Source of the DNA: Longimicrobiales bacterium
GTDB taxonomy: Bacteria; Gemmatimonadota; Gemmatimonadetes; Longimicrobiales; Gaopeijiaceae
Direction of reading: 5' to 3'
NCBI GenBank assembly: GCA_963422615.1
Contig: OY730414.1
Span: forward strand, 2,030,302 to 2,094,301
Length of the DNA stretch: 64,000 nucleotides
The notes beneath the pieces were generated by a model. That model worked only from the letters and a program-made list of their open reading frames with translations, had not been told where the DNA came from and did no database searches. Shown piece after piece: positions 7,651-16,130 of this stretch. The stretch's first letter is position 1. The number at the start of each line of letters is the position of its first letter. Both the position numbers and the translations under genes were made by a program.

Positions 7651-10098
7651 TTGCCCGTGACCCGGGTGCGGGAGGCGTTCCGGAAGCCCGGCTACGGACC
7701 CGCGCCGGAGAGCGACCGCAGGGTGACCGCGTGGCTTCAGGATGGGAAACGTTCCTTCACCCACTACATCGGGGGCGCATGGACCCCCGGTGACGGGCCC
7801 CTTCGGGAGACCCACTGTCCCGCCGACGGCCAACGGCTCGCCCGCTTCCGTTGCGGTACCGACGACGACGTGGACCGGGCCGTGTCCGCAGCAGCAGCCG
7901 CCCAGCCGATGTGGCAGAAAGCCGGAGGGCACACCCGGGCCCGGCATCTGTACCGGATTGCCCGTCAGATTCAGAAGCGTTCCCGCCACTTCGCCGTGAT
8001 CGAGTCCCTGGACAACGGCAAGGCCATCCGGGAGTCCCGGGATCTGGACGTTCCCCTTGCTGCCCGCCACTTCTATCACCATGCCGGCTGGGCGCAGCTC
8101 TCCTTGGCCGGCTTCCCCGGCTACGAGCCCGCGGGGGTTGCCGGGCAGATCATCCCCTGGAACTTCCCGCTCCTCATGCTGGCATGGAAGGTGGCCCCTG
8201 CCCTGGCCGCCGGATGCACCGTGGTTCTCAAACCCGCCGAATACACCCCCCTTTCGGCCCTCCTGTTCGCCGAAGTGGCGCACGAATCCGGTCTGCCCCC
8301 GGGTGTGCTGAACGTGGTAACGGGGAACGGGGACACCGGAGCCGCGCTGGTGCGTCACTCCGGCGTCGCCAAGGTGGCTTTCACCGGCTCCACGGAGGTG
8401 GGGAAAGGAATCCGGAGGGTCACGGCCGGATCGGGCAAACAGCTGTCCCTCGAGCTGGGCGGCAAGTCCCCTTTTGTCGTATTCGACACCGCCGACCTGG
8501 ACGCCGCCGTTGAGGGCGTGGTGGACGGCATCTGGCTGAATCAGGGGCAGGTGTGTTGTGCAGGCTCCAGGCTCCTGATCCAGGAAACCGTAGAAAGGGA
8601 GTTCCTCACCCGGTTGCGGGCGCGGATGGAAACCCTCCGCGTGGGCCACCCCCTGGACAAGTCCATCGACATGGGCGCGGTCGTGGACCGGGTCCAGCTG
8701 GACCGGATTCAGGGATACCTGGCGTCCGGAAGAGCGGACGGAGCCGCCGTGTGGCAACCCCCCTTGGAGATGCCGAAGGACGGGCTGTTCCTTCCTCCTA
8801 CGCTTTGCACGGGAGCCCCGATCTCCAGTCCGATCGCCACGGAGGAGGTGTTCGGGCCCGTCGTGGTGAGCTTTACCTTCCGCACCCCGGCAGAGGCCGT
8901 CGCCCTGGCCAACGATACCCGCTACGGATTGGCGGCCAGCGTATGGACCGAAGATCTGAACCTGGCCCTGGATTTGGCGCCCGCCATCCATGCCGGAACC
9001 GTGTGGGTGAACTGCACCAACCTCTTCGACGCGGCTTCGGGGTTCGGAGGATATCGAGAATCGGGATTCGGTCGGGAGGGAGGACGAGAAGGGATGTGGG
9101 AGTACCTGAAGCCGGTCCCCAGACCTGGTACGCCCGCTTGCGCCCCCTCCCCGAGGTCGGGCGTGTCCAGAGCCCCGAATGACGGGCGTACCCAGGCGAC
9201 CCCCGCAAGCTTCCTCGCAGCCGAGCCGACACCCCCCTCCGCATCGGAGAGCATCGATCGCACCCGGAAGCTGTGGATCGGTGGGAAGCAGAAGCGACCC
9301 GACGGGGGAGATTCCCTCACCGTACGGGACCGGTCGGGTGCGCCCCTTACGGAGGCGCCCAGGGGGAACCGCAAGGATGTGCGGGACGCCGTCGAAGCCG
9401 CGCGGAAAGCCCGGGGTCCGTGGGCAGCGACCAGCGGACACCTCCGGGCCCAAATCCTGTACTACGCCGCCGAGAACCTAGCCGCCCGAGAAAAGGAATT
9501 CGCCGAGAGTCTGGATCGGGCCACGGGCGTCGGCGAAGAGGCCGCGGTAACCGAGGTGGCCGCCGCCGTCCAAGCCCTCTTCACCTTTGCCGCCTGGGCC
9601 GACAAGTACGACGGCAGGGTGCATTCGACCCCGTTTCGCAACGTTACCCTGGCCATGAACGAGCCCGTCGGCACCGTGTCCATCCGTTGTGGAGACGAGG
9701 CGCCCCTGGCGGGCGCCGTGGGTCCCCTGGCCGCCTGCCTCTCCCAAGGGAATGTTGCCGTTGCCGTGGTCTCCGCCCGATTCCCCGTTCCCGCGCTGGA
9801 CTTGGTTCAAGTCTTTGAGACTTCCGACGTATTCCCCGGCAGCATCAACGTCGTTTCGGGGATTCACCAGGAAGTCATGCCGACGCTGGCGGCCCACGAC
9901 GATGTGGACCAGCTGTGGGATCTGGTGGGAGACGAATTGTCCGGGGAGGCCGAGCGTCTGTCGGCGGGGAACCTGAAGCGCGTCTGGGTGGACCGGGAAG
10001 GCGTCGTGGACTGGACGGCCCTCCAGGGCCGCGAGTGCGAGTTCCTTCTCCGCAAGGCGACCCGGGTCAAGAACATCTGGGTTCCCTACGGAGCATAG
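7651..10098 (+). CDS. Aldehyde dehydrogenase with extra C-terminal ALDH-like domain (ALDH16-like)
   Basis: PWNFP, FTGST, LELGGKSP, GQVCCAGS, EEVFGP, followed by a second truncated ALDH domain. Confidence 0.9.
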   Translation: MPVTRVREAFRKPGYGPAPESDRRVTAWLQDGKRSFTHYIGGAWTPGDGPLRETHCPADGQRLARFRCGTDDDVDRAVSAAAAAQPMWQKAGGHTRARHLYRIARQIQKRSRHFAVIESLDNGKAIRESRDLDVPLAARHFYHHAGWAQLSLAGFPGYEPAGVAGQIIPWNFPLLMLAWKVAPALAAGCTVVLKPAEYTPLSALLFAEVAHESGLPPGVLNVVTGNGDTGAALVRHSGVAKVAFTGSTEVGKGIRRVTAGSGKQLSLELGGKSPFVVFDTADLDAAVEGVVDGIWLNQGQVCCAGSRLLIQETVEREFLTRLRARMETLRVGHPLDKSIDMGAVVDRVQLDRIQGYLASGRADGAAVWQPPLEMPKDGLFLPPTLCTGAPISSPIATEEVFGPVVVSFTFRTPAEAVALANDTRYGLAASVWTEDLNLALDLAPAIHAGTVWVNCTNLFDAASGFGGYRESGFGREGGREGMWEYLKPVPRPGTPACAPSPRSGVSRAPNDGRTQATPASFLAAEPTPPSASESIDRTRKLWIGGKQKRPDGGDSLTVRDRSGAPLTEAPRGNRKDVRDAVEAARKARGPWAATSGHLRAQILYYAAENLAAREKEFAESLDRATGVGEEAAVTEVAAAVQALFTFAAWADKYDGRVHSTPFRNVTLAMNEPVGTVSIRCGDEAPLAGAVGPLAACLSQGNVAVAVVSARFPVPALDLVQVFETSDVFPGSINVVSGIHQEVMPTLAAHDDVDQLWDLVGDELSGEAERLSAGNLKRVWVDREGVVDWTALQGRECEFLLRKATRVKNIWVPYGA

Positions 10099-10137
10099 GT
10101 TCGCCCTCGCTTCGCCCCGCTTACCGGAAAGAATCGA

Positions 10138-13100
10138 TCAACTCACGAGCCTCCGGTCTTCAATGGGCTCCAACCCCTCCCGAATCAACAGTTCGTTGAG
10201 TCGGCCCAGATCCCGCCGGATGACGATTTCCATCTGGGCCATCTGCTCATCCAGCAGGCTGGAGAGGTGCCGGAAAACCTCGTACGACTGGTCGGTGGGC
10301 CGGTTCTCCGAGCTTTCGACCACGCCCAGAAGGGCCGCGAGCTTATTGTTCAGCTTGATGGGATAGTTCAGGGGGTCCTGGTTGCTCTGGTTCTTCACCT
10401 GGTAGATCTCGGCCTCTACCACATCCAGATTCTCCCGTACGACGTCGGCCTGGACCGTAACGTCCCCGTCGTCGGTCTCTTCCAAGCGCTCCGAAATCTG
10501 TCCCTCGATGTCTCGAACCTTGATCACGGCCTCATTCGCCACGGAAACCCGGTCCCGGATTTCAATGGCCAGGTCGAAGCGCTCCCGTAGGTCCGCAACC
10601 GTCACGCCCTCCAGGTTCGGGTTGATCCGGATCTCGAAATCCCGGGTCTGGGGGGGGCCTCCGTCCACCGACATCCGGACGGTGTATACGCCCGGTACCG
10701 CCACGGGACCCGTGGGTCGGGCCGCCCACATGATCCGGCCTTCGAAATCCGTCCAGGCCGGATACCGCATATTCCAGCGGAAGGCGTGGGAACCCTGCTT
10801 GACCGAAGGCTTCGCGTCTCCACCCCCTCCGAAGAAGCGGGCAAAAGGACTGTCATCCTCCGCTTCCTCCTCCTCGTCGTCGGCCGTGCCCTCGAAGGAG
10901 CGGATCAGGGCCCCCTCCCCATCCAGCACTTCCAGGGTCACGTTTTCCGCGTCTTCGGCCAGGTAGTAGCGGAAAGGAACTCCGAAGTCGATCCCTCGCA
11001 CGGGGTCGGGAGAGTCGAAGAGCCACGATCGGGCGGCGGCGACCTCGTCGTTCATTTGACGCAAGGGGCCGATTCCCTCCAGGACCCAGAAGGAGCGTCC
11101 GTGGGTGGCGATCACCAGATCGTTCTCCTCCACCACCAGATCCGAAACCTGAAGGACAGGAAGGTTGAGGGACAAAGGCTGCCACCGGTTCCCGTCGTCG
11201 AAGGATACGTACACGGTCCGCTCGGAAGCGGCGTAGAGAAGCCCGGGACGACGGGGATCTTCCCGGGTCGCCCGGATGAAGTCGTCGCCCGGCAGACCTC
11301 CGGTGATCCGCGCCCACGTGTGGCCGAAGTCCTCCGTCTTCCATATGTACGGGCTTCGGTCGTCCTCCACCAAGTACCGAATGCCCGAGACGTACGCCTT
11401 GCCCGGGGTGTTGGGCGAAGCCTCGACGGTGTTGATGCGCACGAAGTCCGGAGCATCCGGGGGCGTGACGTCGGTCCAGTTCAGACCGCCATCCCGGGTG
11501 AGGTGAACGAGCCCGTCGTCGGAGCCCGCCCAGATCACGTCGGGATCGTGGTACGAGGGTGCGATCGCAAAGACCGTGGCATACGTCTCCACGCCCGTTT
11601 GATCCTTCGTGATGGGCCCCCCGGAAGCCCCCATTGTCATGGGGTCGGCTCGGGTGAGGTCCGGGCTGATCTGCTCCCATTGCTGACCTTCCGTCGTCGT
11701 CTTCCAGACCTTCTGCGTGCCCGTGTAGAGCACATCGGGATCGTGATGGGAAAATACGATGGGGAACGTCCACTGGACCCGCTCGATCAGATCCTCCGAG
11801 GACTGGCCCATCGGGTTTTCGGGCCAGACGTTCACGGACCGGGTTGCGCCGGTGGTCATGTCGAAGCGGGAGAGGCTGCCACCATAGCAACCGGCATAGA
11901 AGACATTCAGATTGACGGGGTTGGGCGCCACATATCCGCTTTCACACCCACCGACCGCGTAGTACCACGCCCGGCTCCCCGGTCCCCGGGCCGCCATCTG
12001 GTTCCAGCCTCGGACGGGAATGCACGCCGTGGAGTTGTCCTGCTGGCCGCCACAGATGTGATACGGCGTGTGCTCCGTGGTGACCACCCGGTAGAACTGG
12101 GCCGTGGAATAGTCCTGGTCCGTCCAGGACCCCCCCCCGTTGAAGGACACGTTGGCGCCGCCGTCGTTCCCGTTGACCATGCGCTCCGGGTCGTCGGGAG
12201 CAATCCAGAGGTCGTGGTTATCTCCGTGGGGCACCCGAATGGCTTGCGGGAAGGTCTCTCCCCCGTCCGTGGACCGGTAGAAGCCCGTGTTGAGGGCATA
12301 CATGACATCTTCGTTCTGGGGGTCGGCGTAAACTCGAGTGTAATAGAACGCCCGCTGCCGAAGCTTTCGTTCGTTGTTCACCTTTTCCCAACTGGCTCCC
12401 GCATCGTCGGATCGCCACACGCCCCCGTCGGGTTCGTGCTCGATCAGGGCCCAGACCCGGTTCGGGTTCGCCGGGGACACGGCCACGCCGATCTTGCCCA
12501 CGGGTCCGTCCCCGAGCCCCACATTATCGGTGATTTCCGTCCAGGTCTCCCCTCCGTCGAGGGACTTGAAGAGGCCGCTGTCGTCGCCCCCCGACGACAT
12601 TCCCCAGGAGCGCCGCCACGCCTCCCACACCGAGGCGTACAGGACATCCGGATTCGTGGCATCCACGCTGATGTCCACTGCACCGGCCCGATCGCTCCGG
12701 TAGAGTACCCTTCGCCACGTTTGCCCCCCGTCGGTGGTCTTGAAAACCCCCCGTTCGGGGTTCTCCGCCGAGTGCTTGCCGAAGGCGGCGGCCCAGGCCA
12801 CGTCGCAGTCGTCCGGGTGGATACGGATGCGGGCGATGTTCTGGGTTTCCCGCAACCCGATGTGCTCCCATGTCTTGCCGCCGTCGGTCGACTTGTAGGC
12901 CCCGTCTCCCTGTTGGATATTGCCGCGAAGCTGCGTCTCACCGGTTCCCATATACACGATGTCCGGGTCGTTCCGGCACACCTGTACGGCCCCGATGGAG
13001 GCACTGTTGATTTGCCCGTCGGTGACCGGGGTCCAGTTCTGTCCGGCGTCCGTGGTCTTCCAGAGTCCCCCACCCGTCGTGCCCATGTAGTATTCCAGCG

Positions 13101-13299
13101 GTCTGGCCTGGGAACCCGCAACGGCGATCGATCGCCCGCCTCGGGGTGGGCCCACGTTTCGCCACTCGAGGGAGCCCCAGAAGGCTTCCGAGTACACCTC
13201 CTGAGCCGACGCCTGGGTGGAACCGACGAAGGCCGCGAGAGCCGCGAGGGCCGAAGCCACGAAAAGCCGTGGGAAAGCGATGGGTAGCAAACGAGACAT
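10138..13299 (-). CDS. Secreted VPS10/BNR-repeat beta-propeller protein (putative glycosyl hydrolase)
   Basis: Signal peptide; many Asp-box repeats (KTTDAGQNW, KSTDGGKTW, SDDAGASW); 'WRNVGPPRGGR' start; SD TAAGGAG upstream. Confidence 0.85.
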   Translation of the reverse strand: MSRLLPIAFPRLFVASALAALAAFVGSTQASAQEVYSEAFWGSLEWRNVGPPRGGRSIAVAGSQARPLEYYMGTTGGGLWKTTDAGQNWTPVTDGQINSASIGAVQVCRNDPDIVYMGTGETQLRGNIQQGDGAYKSTDGGKTWEHIGLRETQNIARIRIHPDDCDVAWAAAFGKHSAENPERGVFKTTDGGQTWRRVLYRSDRAGAVDISVDATNPDVLYASVWEAWRRSWGMSSGGDDSGLFKSLDGGETWTEITDNVGLGDGPVGKIGVAVSPANPNRVWALIEHEPDGGVWRSDDAGASWEKVNNERKLRQRAFYYTRVYADPQNEDVMYALNTGFYRSTDGGETFPQAIRVPHGDNHDLWIAPDDPERMVNGNDGGANVSFNGGGSWTDQDYSTAQFYRVVTTEHTPYHICGGQQDNSTACIPVRGWNQMAARGPGSRAWYYAVGGCESGYVAPNPVNLNVFYAGCYGGSLSRFDMTTGATRSVNVWPENPMGQSSEDLIERVQWTFPIVFSHHDPDVLYTGTQKVWKTTTEGQQWEQISPDLTRADPMTMGASGGPITKDQTGVETYATVFAIAPSYHDPDVIWAGSDDGLVHLTRDGGLNWTDVTPPDAPDFVRINTVEASPNTPGKAYVSGIRYLVEDDRSPYIWKTEDFGHTWARITGGLPGDDFIRATREDPRRPGLLYAASERTVYVSFDDGNRWQPLSLNLPVLQVSDLVVEENDLVIATHGRSFWVLEGIGPLRQMNDEVAAARSWLFDSPDPVRGIDFGVPFRYYLAEDAENVTLEVLDGEGALIRSFEGTADDEEEEAEDDSPFARFFGGGGDAKPSVKQGSHAFRWNMRYPAWTDFEGRIMWAARPTGPVAVPGVYTVRMSVDGGPPQTRDFEIRINPNLEGVTVADLRERFDLAIEIRDRVSVANEAVIKVRDIEGQISERLEETDDGDVTVQADVVRENLDVVEAEIYQVKNQSNQDPLNYPIKLNNKLAALLGVVESSENRPTDQSYEVFRHLSSLLDEQMAQMEIVIRRDLGRLNELLIREGLEPIEDRRLVS

Positions 13300-13642
13300 G
13301 GGCCGAAGCTGCTCCTTATGCATGTTTGTGGCACGGGAGGTGTGACACGGAAAGTCTTGAGCGAACGCGCATGATGATAGGGTACTTTGGTCGGAAATGC
13401 GAACCCCGGGGCGGGCTCTCGGTCCGGCCAATCCCCGAGATGATCGAGACAATACTCAAGCCCATCTATATCCGCACCCGGCTGGCGGAGGAGCCCCCTG
13501 ACGCACCAGCTGGTTGTTCACCCAACCCCGGAGTACCGGCCGACCATCGTGCTGCGCCGACTGAAACACCTGCACGTCCGGGTGCGCCGTTCAGGGTGAG
13601 GCCGTACGAAGAACTCTTGCCTTGCCGCGCCTTGCTGTCCGG

Positions 13643-14149
13643 TTATCTGCCAACGGGAATCCTGAAGATGGGCACCAGCGTGCCGACGGGTTGGCCGTCG
13701 TCACCGTTTTCCGCGTCCTGCCCCCCCGCAGAAACCACCCGGTTCACGGCAAGGTAGATCGCACCCACCCCCAAAGCACCCGTGAGTCCCGTCCGCCAAG
13801 GCGACAGCTCCCTGGCCATCAACTCCTGCAGTCCGTCTCTGGGAATGGCAATCGTCTGGCGAAAGGCGCGAGTTCCGGTGAATTCGGAGGAAATCCGCAT
13901 TGTCGTCACGGAAAGAAAGAGGGAGTCTTCCCCGGCGCCCACGAGACGTCCGTCGTACGTTCGAGTCAATCGGCCGGTCCGGTCGCTGAGGCGTATCGCC
14001 TCTTCCGCATTCAAAGTAGCGCGAACATCACTTCCCACGCCCGGGGTGCCACCGTGAAGCGGAGCGTAGACGTAACAACCCGCCATTCCGACGAAAGCCG
14101 CCGGAAGTACAACCGCACGGACAAGCCAACCACGTGTCGAACCATTCAT
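13643..14149 (-). CDS. Hypothetical lipoprotein
   Basis: Signal peptide ending MAG-C; C-terminal hydrophobic segment; downstream of susD. Confidence 0.65.
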   Translation of the reverse strand: MNGSTRGWLVRAVVLPAAFVGMAGCYVYAPLHGGTPGVGSDVRATLNAEEAIRLSDRTGRLTRTYDGRLVGAGEDSLFLSVTTMRISSEFTGTRAFRQTIAIPRDGLQELMARELSPWRTGLTGALGVGAIYLAVNRVVSAGGQDAENGDDGQPVGTLVPIFRIPVGR

Positions 14150-14168
14150 GCCCGGAGACCTCGAGACC

Positions 14169-14600
14169 CTAAAGAAGCTCAAATTCCCGGAGGACTCTTT
14201 GATTGAACAAGTAAATGTAGCGAACCGGGTCTTCGATCATGGCCTCGATGTTCCCGTCAAAGGTTGCGGAATCGTCAAGATGCACCCGCAGGCGGACTGA
14301 AACCGTCATGGAGTCCACAGGAATGCCCAGGAGGAAAAACCGGTGGTCACCACTGATGTCCCAGCGATCCTCAAAAGGAAGAGAAACTACGGACGTGTCG
14401 GCGTTGAAAACCTCAACCCTAAATTCTCCGCCCTCGTTACGAGCTGCCAGGAATTCAGTAGACGTGACAATCGTGAAGGCTTCAGCGTCCCCGTCCAACC
14501 TGATCCGAATCGTGTCCGGGGTCGGATCGCCGAACCAGTCGCAAGCCCCCATCAAGCCCGCCAGAACCGTACAGAACGTCAGGGGAAGAAATCTTCTCAT
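14169..14600 (-). CDS. Hypothetical lipoprotein
   Basis: MRRF... signal peptide ending MGA-C; beta-rich mature region. Confidence 0.7.
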   Translation of the reverse strand: MRRFLPLTFCTVLAGLMGACDWFGDPTPDTIRIRLDGDAEAFTIVTSTEFLAARNEGGEFRVEVFNADTSVVSLPFEDRWDISGDHRFFLLGIPVDSMTVSVRLRVHLDDSATFDGNIEAMIEDPVRYIYLFNQRVLREFELL

Positions 14601-14730
14601 CGCTACAGCCTTCTTCAGAGCTAAGGCCCTTATGACGAGGTTTAGATGTAAGTGAGTCAAAAACTACTCAACAATCTACCAAACAAATCAATGTGTGCTT
14701 CGCGATGCGTGCTACGTCTGCCCCGACCCG

Positions 14731-14778
14731 GTGGGCGTAAGGGGGAGACCCAAAGTTTGGTCTCCCCCTTACGCCCAC
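14731..14778. terminator. 20-bp perfect inverted repeat just after susD (terminator or mRNA-stabilising hairpin)
   Basis: GTGGGCGTAAGGGGGAGACC-caaagttt-GGTCTCCCCCTTACGCCCAC, about 15 nt beyond the susD stop; no U-tract. Confidence 0.65.
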
Positions 14779-14792
14779 ATTCAAAATGACTG

Positions 14793-16112
14793 CTACCCCG
14801 CACAGGGATGATTGGCATTCTCCGGGTGGTGACAGTTTGCTTCAATCTCAATTCGGGTGATCGGAAGCATGGTTCCGGGCTTGTTCGCTGCCGGCGAATC
14901 CGAAAGCCAATTGCTGCTCGGCGTGCCGAAGCGGTAGTGGTCCTGCAGACGTTTGAACTGGAGGAACAAGTTCACCCGTCGCTCATGCTGCAACATTTCC
15001 ACTGCCGGAATCTGACCCGAGTACGGGGTGAGGTCGTCCAACCCCTTGCGGATCATGTTGATGTGATTGGAAAAACCCGTTTCATCCCCATTCGCGAGAG
15101 CTGCTTCGGCCAAGATCAGGCGAAGCCCACGCTCACTCACGATGGTCAGAGGAGAGTATGACCCCCCAGCCAGGAATTCGTCCACCCTGGCCTTGTAGCG
15201 GGTATCCAGGACCCCTTCAATCGGGTCCTGGAGGATGTGTTTTTCGATTTTTTTGTCGACGTTCTGGGTTGCGTAGTCAGGGCCGATCTGCAACTCGCCC
15301 CGCTCGTTCACCTGGAAGGCCAGGTTACTGGATACGGTGGACGAGCTGTAGCTGAACCGGTACGCCCAGTCGGTTCCCGCCACATCGGACAGTACCGCCG
15401 AGGCGTCGCTATTGGCCTCGCCGTCGTTGATGAGAGGATTCCCCGGCACCGACCCGGACGGATTCAAAAGGTCCCAGATGGCCCGCTGGTGATACGCCTG
15501 GGCTCGGGCCGCCCGGGCCTGTATCGCTGTCTCGCCCCCTTCCGCCATCGCGTCGGTAAAGTAGGAAATGGCTTGGTCAAAAACGCCCCTCATTCCTGCT
15601 TCCCCAATGAGGGGACCGGGTTCCGTCCGGTCGCTGAAGGCAAAGTCGTCAAACATCTGGGCGATGGTGGAGTAGACCACTCCCGCATAGAGGTTTGCGC
15701 GCGCCAAGCCCTCCTTTAGCGCCGCGTTGCCCGCATTTTCGGCAATGTGACCCTCCATAAGGTCCACGGTAGCCCAAGCCATCCAACGGCCCTGGGCGAT
15801 GCTCGGAAACGAGCCGTCAACAAACTCGTTCCCGGTGTTGCCCGGCTTCCCCAGGTCCAGCTCAAGCCAAGCGTCCCGGGAGCCGATCCAGGTAATCTCG
15901 TCCCCAACCGTGGAGAAAGCTGCGTAGATAGAAGCCACGCCCCGAGCCACCGTCGCCTGGGACCCATTCACCACGGAAGCCGCCGTCTCAATCAGTTCAA
16001 TGTCTGCTTGTACCATGGCGTTCGGATTGTCAACGTCCAGGATGTCACATGCACCTAGAAGGACGGTGACGCCAACACCCCCAAGGATCAACTTCGATGT
16101 CTTGATCATCAT
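14793..16112 (-). CDS. susD: RagB/SusD family substrate-binding lipoprotein
   Basis: Lipobox LGA-C then DILDVDNPN; TPR-like helices; ERRVNLFLQFKRLQD motif; directly after susC. Confidence 0.85.
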   Translation of the reverse strand: MMIKTSKLILGGVGVTVLLGACDILDVDNPNAMVQADIELIETAASVVNGSQATVARGVASIYAAFSTVGDEITWIGSRDAWLELDLGKPGNTGNEFVDGSFPSIAQGRWMAWATVDLMEGHIAENAGNAALKEGLARANLYAGVVYSTIAQMFDDFAFSDRTEPGPLIGEAGMRGVFDQAISYFTDAMAEGGETAIQARAARAQAYHQRAIWDLLNPSGSVPGNPLINDGEANSDASAVLSDVAGTDWAYRFSYSSSTVSSNLAFQVNERGELQIGPDYATQNVDKKIEKHILQDPIEGVLDTRYKARVDEFLAGGSYSPLTIVSERGLRLILAEAALANGDETGFSNHINMIRKGLDDLTPYSGQIPAVEMLQHERRVNLFLQFKRLQDHYRFGTPSSNWLSDSPAANKPGTMLPITRIEIEANCHHPENANHPCAG

Positions 16113-16130
16113 TTTTTTCGCCTCTCCTTA

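Noticed and set aside
10786..13287. 833-aa + strand ORF
   Set aside because: Antisense shadow of the VPS10 gene; no motifs; expected in high-GC DNA
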